Assembly: GCF_008831285.2 (NCBI RefSeq) | Contig: NC_045138.2 | Coordinates: forward strand, 41,540,001-41,604,000 | DNA from: Nymphaea colorata | Taxonomy: Eukaryota | Length of the DNA stretch: 64,000 nt | Reading direction: 5' to 3' | Shown here: positions 49,910 to 62,962 of the stretch, piece after piece | Position numbering within the stretch: position 1 is the stretch's first letter | Layout: each line of letters starts with the position of its first letter | Notes under the pieces: model-generated | The model's database searches: none | What the model was told of the DNA's origin: nothing | Seen by the model: only the letters and a program-made list of their open reading frames with translations | Program-made: the position numbers and the translations under genes

Positions 49910-52900
49910 TGCTTGCACTCTCACTGACTTCAGTTACTTCTGTTCTCTAGTGCTCACACTGAGCGCCTTCAGTGTTAATGGGTTCAACCAGCTGGTCCAT
50001 TTCCATTATGAAACTGGGTTCCAATCCCTTCATTCTCTCGTGCTCTATCACCCACTTTTGTTCTTTCTCCCTCCTTGTTTTCCACTTTTCCATCTGCACC
50101 CTAGGGACGAAAAGAGGTTTCAAAATCCACTACCATTCGGTTTTGCTCATTTCCCACACACACACATATATGATCTTGGCAAGGCTTGCACCCAAGTTTT
50201 TGAAAAAGCTCTGCACCTGTGTTCGTACCTGCATTCACAGCGGCACTCATAGCATAGCATTTGACTCACTAGAACCCAACATGTATAACTGTTGTTTTGC
50301 TGATCCACATGCACCAAATTCTAGGGTCAAGAGACATATCACTTTGGTCAAAGATCACATATAAGCAGTTGGTTTATAGGTTCTTGATCATGCTAAACAC
50401 GTACATAAATAAATCAAGCCAAAAAAACTCAGACTCTCAGAACCAAACTAGATTGGATGTACTAAAGATTGTAGCAAATATCTGTACTTATGCAATAGGT
50501 ATGCTGCACATCACAAGAATTTCCATAGCGAAGTGCAATACTCACTTCTTCAATCATCAGATTCACTTCATTTTCTAGTCTATCTTCAGTGACTCCTTTC
50601 AAGATGGCAAACATTCTCAGATGTTCCTTCACCTGCAAAAGTTACCAAGAATAGGATACATGTTAACGCTTGACACAAACATACATGAAAATGAAATATT
50701 AGGCAAGAAGCTCAAGATCTTATGTCCCGTGACTGGTTGCAAACTATATCATCTGTTTATCTTTTCCATAATATTTATGCACAAAAACATACCATGTCCT
50801 GTAGAAATCCCATCTTTCGTATTACTTATGGACAAGATGATCATTCACCATTTTCTTCATCTCAAAGAACTACATTTGATTCATTTTCTGGTGCACAGGC
50901 AGCAAACAGGAGGATGACCAAATTTTATACACATGCTTACATGCAGTCCTTGCAAAAACTCATGGATGTTATTGCTTATATATACACATCTACACATGTA
51001 TATGTTTATATATGACATGAGTTCTTTGAATTAAAAAATTGAGGGTCTTATACAACTCCCACCAGCCAGTTGTGCCATTCCACCACTTAGCAATAAAATG
51101 ACAATGTAATTTGTTTATTATCCAGATGACAAGAACCTTGTGCATCCAATTCTAACTGAAAGTTATAGACAGAAGATCATGGTCTACTTGCAAGCGGATG
51201 CAAATTGAATCAAATGGTCTTATACTTCCAATATGAACCATAAGTTTGTTAATTATGAAACAAGAACTGAACTGCAGGATTCAACACATTGGGACAACAT
51301 AATATTTTGGATAAAGAAACCATATAGACTATATTGACATAACTTGTCCACAATAATAAAAAAGACTTGAAATGTGCATTGCAAATATGTCGACATGTAC
51401 ATGCCCGACAACTCCTCTCCCCCAATGTGTGCATGTATGTCTACACATCTGCAAGTATGCATCAACATACAGGAGAAACAAAAAGGATGAATATTGTACC
51501 ACCAGGTACCTTGTTGAAGTAATAAAAGTTTATCTAAAACATGAGGAGACAGGAGAACATGATCTGTATCTTTTTGAAACAGCAAGAACAAATTTTGTTT
51601 GAAACTAAAATTGCTCTACTTTGTCCAACTTAGAAGAGAATAGACTAACTTATACTCCTAAAGCATATGTAAGAACCATTGGCAGCAAAAAATTAAGAAC
51701 TCTTACAGTCAATTCAGGAAATAGCACGTCATTTTGCGGGCACACACCAAGCTCCTTTCTTATTTGATCCTGCCATATGGAAGGAAAATTGAGAAAAAGA
51801 AATGAGTTCACGTGCATAATGGGAAGCAAGCATTTAAGACGTATTGGTCAATACATGTATGAAAAAGTCACTGCCACTCAAGTAGCAGGATGTACACAAA
51901 CACACCAACAAAATCCTTTTCTGTATGCCCATAATATTAGACAATGTGAAAGCCCAGTTATAAAATTTGAGATTAAATTGCTACAGGTTTAGAAGCAAAT
52001 GTAGAACCAGGAGGTATCAACACAGACCAGCCATCATATACATTGCCATGCAGGTCAACAAAAGCATTATATATTTCCATGCATAATAAGAGTACCAAAG
52101 AATGTCGGGTGCATGGCCTCATGGCTATAGTCTAATCAATTTAACAGTGGTGCATGTGCCTTAAGGTAGAAGGCCTGAATATTTAACCACCCAAACAAAT
52201 GACGAAAATCAACATTGAATCAGCAACCATTCAATTACCATGTCAGTTTTGATATTTTTCCCAAACACAACAGCATCACCAGATGTTGGGGCAAGAAGGC
52301 CAACAAGCATCGATATTGTCGTGCTTTTACCAGCTCCATTGTGACCTTTCCAAGTTAGAACAATATAGATGAGCATTATTAAAATAAAAATTGCCCATTT
52401 GTACACAAGAACTTAGGGGGAAAACCAAAACCATAAAATAAAGAGAAAGCAATACTGCTACAGCACCAGAAAACCTGCAAGACTGAAGAAAGTCCACAAG
52501 TTGCAACCAAATCAAGAAAAAAGAAATAAAGCGTGAGCAGACAACACATATATCACTGCTCATCTATAGTGTATCTGTTGAGAAATATTAATACTATCCA
52601 GGCCTCTGATTTCCCTTTCAATTAGATACTTTATCTGGAGACTTCAAACAAAGAAATTTATGTTTCAGAATACTTCTTTTTATTCTTTTCATTATATCAT
52701 CAGAAAGCAAACTAGTAGATTAACATTTCCTTTATTTTTTTCTTGCAGAGTTTTTCAATGATTTACGAGAAGAATGTTTTCAATTTCTCTTGAGAAATCA
52801 ACTTCCAGATAAATTCCCAGATAAAGTTAGTCATAATGCACAAGGAGTAGCTTGACAATGAAGGGAATGCAATTTGAACTTACCTCATGACAAAGCCCTG

Positions 52901-55900
52901 GGCACCACATAAATAACATTATGCCATAAGAAACAAACATGGACATGGAATGTGACATGAATATGCTTGGTATGTTAGAGTTCTGTAAAGCCAGGTCATA
53001 GGGAAAAACCATAAGTATGTGAGTGTCGATGGCTACAACTATATGCTCTTACAATTTTTAACATGAAGGAAGAAAGCATGAAGCACAAATTATTCATTAG
53101 TAGTTCTAATTACCACAACTAGAAACATTTATTAATCTAGGTTGACATTTGAAATTTAATTTAATATAACTACTTTTAAATACACTAACATATTATCATA
53201 AAAAATATAAGGACATGGCATCTACGTCTGATACAAGTTTGACCATGAAACGCTACAGCATGCTAGTGTTGCACAATATTACATGCTCATTTGACACCTT
53301 TCTTACTTGACAATCAAATGCTACAAAATCTGTTGACTGCACCAGATATCGCTACTCTACAGAACATGTCATTATGGAGTTGGAACGAACCGTCTAGCCT
53401 GTGTTCAGTGCTTATATGTGACTTTCAGATTCTTCCTTGACAGTTAATGGTTAATCAGATGTATACCACCAAGTTAAACAAGTCATATCAAGTTTAGAAT
53501 TCCACCCATGAACAAACCTTGCCCTGTGCTGTGAGCCTGTGACTGTTATAACTGCAAGAACCTGTCATAGTTGTACAGTGTACAAGAGTCTACTTTTGGA
53601 TAATCAATATTAATGCCTGATAAAAGCTGATAATGAGGAGTCCAGCCTACTAGATCATGTTACCTAATTACCAGTAACTACTTTAATAACAGTTCACAAC
53701 TGAATATGCTATAGAAGAATTAAAGAAGCAAGAAAATTTAACAAGATTAGCACACCTAGAAGTGCGAGAACCTGATTTTCATACAATGTTAATTGCAATG
53801 AGTTTACAGCACAGCATTTCCCTTTCTTGGTCTTGAATACTTTGCTGAGATGTCTAATCTGAACACATCTAATAGACAATAGAAACTGAAGAAGATAAGG
53901 CAAAACCCAGTGAAAATTAGGATAATGACATAAGAATGTAACCAAATATCATACCTAAAAAAAAATGATTTTTTGTGATATTTTCCCAAATCAAATGCAG
54001 ATATTTTTCTAGCATGCACAACTAAAAATAGATATAAATTGTGAAATGCTTCAAACAGAAAAATAATAAACTCCCATGCTTTTTCCACATTCATCACTGT
54101 CCAGATAAGCTTTCTTACAATGCCAAACTGCAAACTTTTGAAGAAACCTGTGGACAACATTGAAGCCACATACCTACCATCAGCCTCTTGCTTCCTCATT
54201 TCCAAGCTTATCGGTTCCACTATAGGTTGATAACCATCTAAAGATTCCACATGAGAGGCTGATTTATGTTCCCACTCATCTTTGAAAGTCTCATTATATA
54301 GATCAGGATTACATGATTTCTTCTTCCAAAAACTTTTTGTAAATAAGAAGTTCCATGGCTTCTGAACTCCATACTCCCTGGGAAGAACCTAGTCAATGCA
54401 GAAAACAATAATTAATGTGGAGTGAAAAGCATGGAAACTAATATACAGTAGAAAATAGAACGTTGTAGATGTAGTAAGCACAAGCCAGCAAGGAGGTTAT
54501 GAGAAGCACCATGTTCCTACATTCAATCTTACCATGGAAACTTGCTAAGCAAGAGGGATAAAATTTAATGGAAGAAAAAATTCAGATAGAAATGAAGGTA
54601 GAGGAAGAAAAAAGAGGAAAGAGAGTTTAGTGAACAGGAGGGAGGAAGAAGGAATAAAACAAGAGAAGTGAAAAAGGGGGTTGTTAACTTGCACACGAGA
54701 GAGGGAGGGCACAGATTTCCAACTAAGAAAGGTGTGGCTCTTTTTACGTTCTTTGATGAACCTACTATTTCTTGTTTTATTCCAATGCAAACCTGCAGGG
54801 AGTATTGGCCTAATAAACAAAATGGGTGTACAGACGTTATACAGAAGAAAACCATCAAAAGTAGGGCCCAGCAAGGGGAAGCTAATGCACAGCTCCTTGC
54901 ATCAGAAGAATAATCTTTTCCAAAATCTGGAGAGGAATGTTATCATCATCTATTTTGAGTCTCCAAGACCTATTCAAAATGTTATGGAAGGATCTGAGGA
55001 CCATAGTCCTTCCTTCAAGGGATCTTTGGCAAAGGCATTTCTATTTCGTGTTGTTGGAAAAAATCCCTAAACGAGTACAGGGACCATCTATATTGGAAAG
55101 ACATTGGAACCATAGTCCTTTCTAGTTTTATTCTAAACCTTCATTTCATTTCAAAGCTTCTTTCCACTCATTATCTTAGATAATGGAACTTGGTCAAATC
55201 CAAATGCAAACATTGTCTTTGCACTCTTGCAGTGCAACACGTTTCCTCAAATTACTGTTTTGACTTTTTACAACAGCACCGCTTGCCCCTTAGTGTGGGG
55301 CTACCTCAGTAGCCCCATCCTAGGGCCCACCAGACAAGACATGCATCCTAGGCAGAACTATGACTATGATACATACAACATAAGTCCAATATAAGTTCTC
55401 TAATCCCATTAACTGAACCACTATTGCTACCAGGAACACAAGACGGAGTTCATTCTAGGGGGTTTGTCCCTTACAAACATTTGAAATATTCCATCCCCAT
55501 AATAATTTGCAACACACACAGTTTTCATCCTATGCTGTTATTCTAGCACCAAAAGAGACCAAGATCAGCATGGCAGTGCTGCCCCTAGAACATATGCAAC
55601 TAGTGCCCAGTCCATCTATCAAAGCTTCCACAAAATGTCTTCCCACAAATCCTACAACATGTACCTCTGTATACACATAAGTACATGAATATAGATATTA
55701 TCTGAAGGTGCACGTATTGATTAATTGGTCATCCTAAATAATGGACTTGTCTATGCTTATGATTCAAAAATAACAGCTCATGAAGAACACTAAATAGCTG
55801 GAAGTAAATATGGGGAAACATTTCAGAAGGTATCAAAGAAAAGCTAAAACACATGTACCCACACATAGCAAATAATAAGGTTAAACAATAGAAAGTGAAC

Positions 55901-58900
55901 CCTCAAGAGATTTAATAACAACTTATAAATACATAAAAATAATCAGCAACATAAGAAACTATACTTCCAGCTCCAGTACAAATGTCATAAAAATTCAATA
56001 CCGGAATTATGGCATGATAAGTTAATCCATGAATGCAAATGGCCATGAAAATTGAAAGTAAATGACTTGGAAAAGTACCTTATCAAGGTATAAGGCAATG
56101 ACACAGTACAATACCGAGTCAAAAATAAGCATGCAGAGGCAGATAAGGAAATTCACTCCAGATGAATCCTGCACATGTGCATCCACGAAACTTAAGTTAT
56201 TCTTAGTAGCACTGAAGAGAATGATTTCCCAGGGGATATAAAGCGATATGAACAAACCCTCCAAATATTGCTCCAACGAACTCCAACATGAGCACGCTCA
56301 TAATCAGCAAAATTCACAGTTCCAAGTGCAAAAGCAGTAGGAGAAAGCAAGGAAGCAATGGCCTTCCACATCCTAAACCAAGTAAGCAAAGTGCATAAGG
56401 ATATACCATAAGGGGAAAAAAAATCAAAGAGAAAAAACTTGTAAACATTAGCAATAGATATACTAACATGGAAGTAGCAGGATCATTGACAGTGTAATAA
56501 GGAAAGAACACTCCGAGGAAAGTTAGAGTACCGACCGCAACAGCTGTTTTTGCTCTTGAAAAAAATGTTGAAATTAGAAAAGAAAGCATAATTGCACTGA
56601 GCCCAAACAGAAAAAAGTATGTAAACACCACAGTTTTGTCGCTGTAATGGAAAAGAGTGGTCATGGTGCAGCAGGTGATAATTGCTGCTGACACTGCAAA
56701 CTGCACCAAGAAAATAAATATAAATTACAAGGTATCCACACATAGGCAGCATATTTGGATGGTTAACTCACACTGCTTATGTATGCAATAAACAAACACA
56801 TCCAGTACCAAATTTATGCTTCTTCACAAATATCACATTGACTGCGAATTTGCAAGTGAAGTAGGCAACTAGGCATGCATGATGAAAGTATCAGAAATTT
56901 GAAATTTAAAATCAAATACATTTTTGGTTTCTGATAAATTCAAATTTCAATTGTAATCTCAAAATCTTTTCATTTAACTTTAATATTGAAATTCTAGCTA
57001 AAACATATTTAAATACTTGTAGGCCAACTGAAAACCTGAACTCATAAATTGAGAAGTTCAATTCAAACCAGTATTACAAATGTCATCTTGGGTTTTTAGT
57101 TTTTACAAATCTTAAAGCCAAAGACTTGTCATTCCTGCCATCAATGTACAAAACTCTCCATAGACAGAACACTGTACTTGGTCACAAACAGCAAGTAGAT
57201 GCTGAAGGTTAACAACAATTGTGAACAGACATGGTAGTGCCCATTCACAAACCTAACATGTTATCGTAGTAGAGAAAATAACAAGATTCTAAGAAACTTT
57301 TAAAATATCACACATCTAAAAATATGAGTGGCAAGACTAACAAGGAGACTAGAAACAATGAAAAGGCTCTTACGTAATAGAAAAATATATAACCCCAACT
57401 AAAGAAGAATCATGGTGACATTTACATTAAAAGAAATGGCAAATATCTAAGACCATCATTCTTAAAGTATGTGCAGATGATGCATATATGAGAATAACTT
57501 GCACATATTTCAGAAAAATAGGCAGCACAAATCACACAGATACATCTCCAAAAGATAAGGGATTACTTGTGCAGTGTATGTTATAAACCAAGATAGATAG
57601 AATATGTTGTCCCGAAGTCCCATCATTTGGAGACCTTCTCTGACCCTTTGCTCCTGGAAGGTTTCAGAAATTATGCACAATTAAAGCAGAAAATAATCCA
57701 ATTGACATATAAGGTAAAATTAATCACAAAACTGATATTCCAGCAAGCAAAAGAATGATCAAACATGAGCAAAATGTGAGATCCAGAAATCCCAAAATTA
57801 GACACCGAGAACATCAAATTTGGTGGAGCCACGAATGGAACTCACGACAACCTAATTCAGTACACTAACCCAATTTTTCCAAATATCTGAGATCCAACAT
57901 AATCTTGGTTTTGTTTTAGAGATGTCCAAAGAATTTGGTGGAAAATTTCCAGCACAACTTTACAACTGTACCTAAAGAATTGATTGTGTAGACCCTCTAG
58001 TCCAGGAGCCCTGACAATCACAACATAAAGAAAATCACTTCTTTATCTTGCCAATGTCCAAAGGCTCTAACAAATCGCCTGCGTTAGAGCAAGGAAACAG
58101 ATTCTCGAATGCAAGTGATCTGCATAAGCTGGAGAAAGCTAATCTATTTCTTGTTATCAAGTTAACAAACTATCACCTCCAGTGAACCCGACATTACTTA
58201 GTCTTATCAATTATTCAAGAAAATGTTCCCCAAAACAAACAAGGAGGAAGACAAACAGACAAAATATTATTAAGCTATTCTTAAATATTATGTTGTTGTT
58301 ATTCCTTCGAATTAGCACCATATCTTGAACCTTTACCTAGAGAACATCACAATCAAAACTTTTATTCAAATTTGCATGAGAAAATGGCTGGCTAGGGAAC
58401 AGACGGCTGAGTAGAACTATCATATGCAATGGATGTCTGGTTCAACCTCTCTTTCTCACAAGAAAACAGAAAAAGAGAAAGAGAATCTAAAGCTTGACAA
58501 ACCTTTTCAGAGACAGAGTAGCTAATTAGACGAGACACTGGATAGAGAAATCCCAACAAGTACCTGTCCAGAAAAAAGGATAAAAAATGAGAAAGCAATC
58601 TGGTGATAACATAATACAACGTGGAAATGTCAATAGACAATCAGCACATAAAAGAAACAATCAATAACTTAAATATTAGAAAGGCCAAACCTATAATTTC
58701 AAGATTCCTGCTTAATTGTGGGTTTGGGACCATAATCTCAAACTTTTTAAGAACTAACAGAATGCAATTGGAACAAATAGGACAATTAAAGAGGTATATA
58801 AGAGATAATCCAAGCTAAATTTAAAAAGGTGACATACAATACTCCCATAACTCTTTTAACGATCGACTGGAACTCATCATCAGTATATTCACGAGTAGGA

Positions 58901-61867
58901 AATGGAACAATCCTTATAGTGGATGGAATGAATTTCGTCCAAGGATACTTGAAATGCAATTGATCCACAAAATTTCCTACTAGCTGCTGTTTTTTGTCCT
59001 CTGCAGTAACCTCAGAAGCATATAATTCAGAAGAACCTCCATCATCAACAAACTTCATGTTACCAACTACGTCAGTCAGATTAATTTGGGATGAAAATAT
59101 TATTAATGAATCCATGACCTGCTGCAGCTGAAAAGAAAAAAGAGAGACAAACAAAAATCATCATAATCACAATATAAGAGATACAGTAAAAATCAAACCT
59201 AAGAACAGATTATTACTCATTAATACTAGAAAGGAAACTCAATGTTCCAACAACATATCAGCAGGGCAGTTGCCTAACCATAAAAGCATTTCTAAGATGG
59301 TATGAACTTTGAACTTTGAAGACATTGAAAACTTGCCAAACCTAAAGACACATCCTAATGTAGTCAGCACCTACCCAAAATGTGAAGTCAGAGTCAATTT
59401 CAAGAAACATCTGAAAATAATAGCACATTTGTTCAACTATTGCTGTTTCATTAACAATTTAAAAGAATAGCACTTCATAGAGACAGTTGTGGAGAAAATC
59501 AAGAGGGAAAGATTAAGAGCTTCACAAGAAGGAAAATAATGAAATGGCACAATACTGCAATAAAACTTCAGTCAACATAATCAGCACCTCCAAGGAGCCA
59601 TGTAGAAGAATCAGAGTGGCACTTTACTTTTGGCCAGTAAGTACACAGTACAAATCAAAGCCAAATAGTACTCACATGCAAAGTACAAATGGAAAAGGTA
59701 CAAGAACAAGATACTGAAAAGTATAACAAGGACCAGGAAATAACAAGAAATAGTGGACAAGCTTCATGGAAAAGTAAAGAAAGAGGCCAACAACTACAAG
59801 ACAGACAAACCATCACAGTGTATGTATGGCGACGAGAGAGAGAGAGAGTACTGTTAAGAAGCCACTCAAGCCATACTGCATGGTAGGTACAGCACTGACA
59901 CCCAGCTCCAAATCATTGACATAAGGCCCATTAGTGTCCATAATGGTGTTGACATCAGGAAATCCAGAAAATGCCCACGAATGGTTTAGGCGGATGCTAT
60001 AATCAAATATTTGTGGTCCACATTCATGAAAGATGACTGCTCCTTTGATTTTTGGCTTCGAAAAATTCCTAGAGATGAGAAAAGCAGAAGTTAGAACTTC
60101 TAAAGCAAGCCATTCTCTATTAAATTCTTTGCTATAGAAATAAATTATTACTTACATGATTTGGTCCCTTTGACCATAGTGGTTTGAACGTATGTAGGAT
60201 TCTATCTCAAGTTCATCCTTGTAAATTTGCCCAACAATCTAAGAAAATGAAGGTGAGATCAATAAATAAATATCAGAGTGAAGAAGGTTTTGTTGACAGA
60301 AAGTGCAGTCACACAAAGAGAGATAACAGACATGACTTTTCCCTTTTGTCCAATAGTAATAAAGATTCAGAAAGCTCGGTTCCAACTTGACTGCAAATTA
60401 GCTTACAAACCATTATGTGAAAGTGTCAATGAGAAAACCAGGACAATCATGAGATTATCGATTTCAGCTTCGTGGAATACATGTGGAAGCAAAAAAGAAA
60501 AATATCAAAACTACAAATTCCTACTCCCATTATCCTGTGCACCAGAATTGCTTCATTTCTTCTATAACTAGTATATCAAAATGTGTCATGCTCCATATCC
60601 ATAGCCAAAATGGCTACATAATAGGGAAAAAAGTACGGGCCTCACAATTGAATGAGTTCACAAAACATTTGAAATAGAAGATGGGACCACAAAAGTAAGC
60701 CTCTACCTTCAGAAGTGGGAACCTTAGTGACAAAAGGTTCAGCATATTCCTCGTCTCTGTCGTATCTGGCGCAAAAGCTAAGTGCTCATCGGTAGCCAGC
60801 CACAATTTAAGAAGTGCGTCAAAACTCGGAGATAGGCCACCAGCCCCTACTTCAACAAACATGCCCTTACGAATATATCTGATAAAAACAGAATGGAAAG
60901 CAAATACATTTTCGGTGAACTAGAGACAAAAGCCAATATTAGAAAACAAAGAAAACGAACTGGAGAAATTAGGCAGTAATCGTGTAAAGCATAGCCTTGT
61001 GGAACACACATTATGCGCAAAAGTATTTTCCCACAGCACAAAAAATAATGCAAGTTAGATACATTAGCAATTCGTGGTCCCCAGTATGTTGGGCTAAACG
61101 CATACCAAGATACACGGATGAAACTTTTCAAAATGAAAATATGGAAGTACACCAAATTCTAGACACGTCAACTCAGAGTTACTTAATCCAGAAGATGCAA
61201 TACATTCGGAACGCATCAAGCAGAGTTAATTAATATGAAAGTATAGCTTCAGTTGCTAATAGATTTCCATGCTTAACTGGCGGAAGGTTTCTTGGATGCA
61301 TTTAGCCAACAAAAAAGCCACTAGCTCGTATAGGAGGACGATCGGGTGTGACAATTATCATCACAAATGATCTAAATGTTTACCAAACGCAATAAGTAGG
61401 GAAGTCTGCAAAACATAACGACAGTATAATGCTCAAAAGTGGGAGAACAAAAAAAAAAAAAAAAAAAAAGAAAAAACCTACCACCCAAGAGAATGCAAGA
61501 AAAGAAACTGCCAGAACAAAAGTGGAAACCCTATCAAGAACAAAGGAATAACTGATCGCGTAGAAACTCACGGCTGCGTGGGGTGAACCTCGGTGTCAAC
61601 CCTCGTCCTTACGGCAATAAGCAAAAGCATCACGATCGTCGGAAGGAGAACCTACAACAAAAGACCGCCAAGAAACACATGCTTTGAAACAACAAAGAAC
61701 TCGTAAGGAGACCTTGATTCCCCAACACCCCCCAAAAGAGATGGTGATGATGGTGCAAGAAACGGCAGGATTCTTACTTCCGCCGAGGTCGTGAAGGGGT
61801 GGCGACACTTGAGCAGCCAATTCTTTCGGAGGATGGCCTTAAGATGCCGACGGGAGCGCTCGTCCAT
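23660..61867 (-). CDS. ABCA1: Full-size ABC transporter subfamily A member 1 (TMD-NBD-TMD-NBD), 40 exons, about 1916 aa
   Basis: Exons in transcript order: 61778-61867, 61572-61651, 60707-60878, 60156-60238, 59852-60068, 58838-59127, 58503-58563, 57567-57653, 56468-56700, 56258-56372, 56079-56168, 54174-54388, 53756-53868, 52239-52345, 51707-51769, 50546-50632, 47853-47951, 47591-47775, 46500-46554, 46311-46382, 44725-45435, 44438-44616, 42602-42812, 40290-40373, 39771-39812, 39583-39679, 39230-39357, 39042-39146, 38171-38317, 35953-36225, 35723-35858, 35105-35184, 34896-35003, 34634-34784, 33180-33316, 33015-33089, 32620-32917, 24296-24429, 23817-23875, 23660-23741 (5751 nt, phases consistent). 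N-terminus contains [15 protein letters not shown]1: [32 protein letters not shown]2: [30 protein letters not shown]-terminus is [20 protein letters not shown]. Confidence 0.95.
25184..25432 (+). repeat. 5' LTR of the copia element
   Basis: TGTTGATAG...TTTCTACA; direct repeat of 30264-30512, followed immediately by the primer-binding site. Confidence 0.96.
25999..30260 (+). pseudogene. Disrupted gag-pol polyprotein of the copia element
   Basis: Motifs: Zn knuckle [14 protein letters not shown], protease [11 protein letters not shown], integrase WHERFGH...CDVC / IHSDVWG / FIDDFSR / FRSDN / [15 protein letters not shown], RNase H SSAEAEY / YCDNKSA / RTKHIEID. Lesions: frameshift near 28186-28189 (the ORFs 25993-28239 and 28055-30055 are in different frames), GYSVADW in place of GYSDADW, in-frame TGA at 30053-30055, and loss of the usual QLADxxTK segment near 30210. 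Confidence 0.92.
30264..30512 (+). repeat. 3' LTR of the copia element
   Basis: Preceded by the polypurine tract. Differs from the 5' LTR only at ggatcC/Tatac and gagaA/Gagag. Confidence 0.96.
31850..32400 (-). mobile_element. Possible degenerate LINE C-terminal (zf-RVT-like) remnant in ABCA1 intron 37
   Basis: Minus-strand translation [14 protein letters not shown]...ILVH loosely resembles the L1 C-terminal region. Weak signal. Confidence 0.22.
34018..34340. mobile_element. Non-autonomous hAT-type MITE in ABCA1 intron 34
   Basis: Perfect 10-bp TIR CATTGTCACA / TGTGACAATG and perfect 8-bp TSD GTTAAGAA (34010-34017, 34341-34348). Confidence 0.88.
36480..36820. mobile_element. hAT-type MITE with dense TATCG/CGATA subterminal repeats in ABCA1 intron 29
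   Basis: TIR CATAGTTGTA / TACAACATTG; TSD GCTGGTAG / GCTGGCAG (7 of 8). Body consists largely of GTATCGTACGATAC-like units. Confidence 0.8.
40651..41134. repeat. Tandem duplication, 2 x 242 bp, in ABCA1 intron 23
   Basis: 40651-40892 and 40893-41134 differ at 4 positions. This explains the twin ORFs 40616-40831 and 40819-41073. Confidence 0.95.
41597..41816. mobile_element. Degenerate MITE related to the 34018 element
   Basis: Right end TTTGTGACTAG. Internal similarity to 34018-34340 (AAACGCG, GCCGTATTA...CCC.AGAAA). Left end and TSD are not clear. Confidence 0.4.
43040..44350 (-). mobile_element. Highly degenerate LINE reverse-transcriptase remnant, interrupted by the 43758 solo LTR
   Basis: Fragmentary minus-strand translations resemble L1 RT segments in the expected order: [17 protein letters not shown] (like ML..GFP..WI.WI), TLSLY (like PLSPY), LTHLL, LYLGGP (like YLGLP). 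Many stop codons. Confidence 0.35.
43758..44243 (+). mobile_element. Probable solo LTR in ABCA1 intron 22
   Basis: Ends TGTTA...TAACA; flanks CAACC / CTACC match 4 of 5. TATA-like CTCTATATAT at about 44057 is followed by TGTAAT. Internal inverted repeat CTCAGCTGAAC / GTTCAGCTGAG. Confidence 0.6.
45720..45977 (+). mobile_element. Solo LTR (258 bp) in ABCA1 intron 20
   Basis: TG...CA ends with perfect 5-bp TSD GATTG (45715-45719, 45978-45982). Internal TATATATAA; GC content higher than the surrounding intron. Confidence 0.72.
46629..46656. repeat. Poly-G homopolymer (28 nt)
   Basis: Directly visible in ABCA1 intron 18. Confidence 0.9.
48451..48984. mobile_element. hAT-type MITE with GAGCT/CTCGAG-rich arms in ABCA1 intron 16
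   Basis: Perfect 8-bp TSD CTTTTGAC (48443-48450, 48985-48992). Imperfect TIR TAGGGGTGCTCA / TGAACATCCTCA. Confidence 0.82.
49003..49299. mobile_element. hAT-type MITE with CTATGTTGCA termini, adjacent to the previous element
   Basis: TIR CTATGTTGCA / TGCAACTTAG; TSD CATATGTT / CATAAGTT (7 of 8). GTGTC/GACAC subterminal repeats and an internal (CT)n. Confidence 0.78.
49838..49906. repeat. Long (TA)n microsatellite
   Basis: About 69-bp pure TA run in ABCA1 intron 16. Confidence 0.95.
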
Positions 61868-62929
61868 CTCCCCCTCACCCTTCGTTCTCCTTTATTTCGA
61901 GAGCCAAACGTCGATGAAGAGAACGCGAAGAACACTTCCTTCTCCTTCACAATCGGAACCGGACCTCCGTGACAAGAAGGCAGAGAACTGAGAGAAGACG
62001 AAGTGGGAGCGGGAGATACAAGGAAACGCTCATCTCCCGCTTGATAAACCTTCGTGCAAAATTCCGGCGGTCCCTTCTTTGCATGGGAACTCAAAACCTT
62101 CCAGCCATCGGAGGATGGAAAACTTTTAAAGAACGGGAGGCGGGTAGTGACAACGGGGCGAGGAGGCACAAAAAATTGGTCGCAGAAAAAGAAAGACTGG
62201 TGGTGGTGGCGACAGGGATGGTGCAATCGCGCAAACCGACCGGAGGAGGACCATTCAGCTCGTGTCAAGAGCAAAGGAGCCAGGAGGGAGGTGGGTAGCG
62301 GCGACAATGGAAGATAAATGACGATGACGTTGGTACAGTTGAAGACGGAGGGGGTGAGTGGGCGGTCGGTGGTGGCGGCGAAAATGGGAGAAGGAAGAGG
62401 AAGAAGCGTGGCCGCAGATGACGATCGACTGAGAGTGGGAGGCAGCCGGTCGGTCTCCACCGTCGTCGTTCTTGCGTGTTGCTTTTCCATAGTGGGTCCC
62501 ACTTCAAGAAAAAGTCGATAATTTTTTGGAAAATTCTTAAGTAACCTCAATTTTTTCTTTCATTTAAATACCTTAAATTGAAATCTCCGAATTGACCTTT
62601 TTAGGTCCGAACTGGTTCGGGTTAGGTGTTCAAATGAGCCTTTTTATGACCAGCTTTGATTTGCACCATAAAAATCTTACCACGGCATTAGCAACTTATA
62701 TGAATTGTTTGATTGTTTTCTAATATAGCAGACGATTCATTAACACTTCTACATATTTTTTTTAACCATTATGCTGTTCCATTGGACTCAAAATTATACT
62801 ACGTTATATTATCTTATACTATATTTTGTTATATTATATTATATTACCTTATAATATATTATATTGTATTATACTATATTATATTATCTGCCGTTAGTTA
62901 AGTTTTGATCGTTCTACGAAAAGCTGTTG

Positions 62930-62962
<33 letters not shown>

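Noticed and set aside
54540..55230. LTR-like purine-rich segment in ABCA1 intron 11
   Set aside because: Probably TE-derived, but I could not define TG...CA ends with a TSD.
61774..62550. 258-aa minus-strand ORF overlapping the ABCA1 start
   Set aside because: Low-complexity translation of a GC-rich promoter/5'UTR, out of frame with ABCA1, with no recognisable domain.
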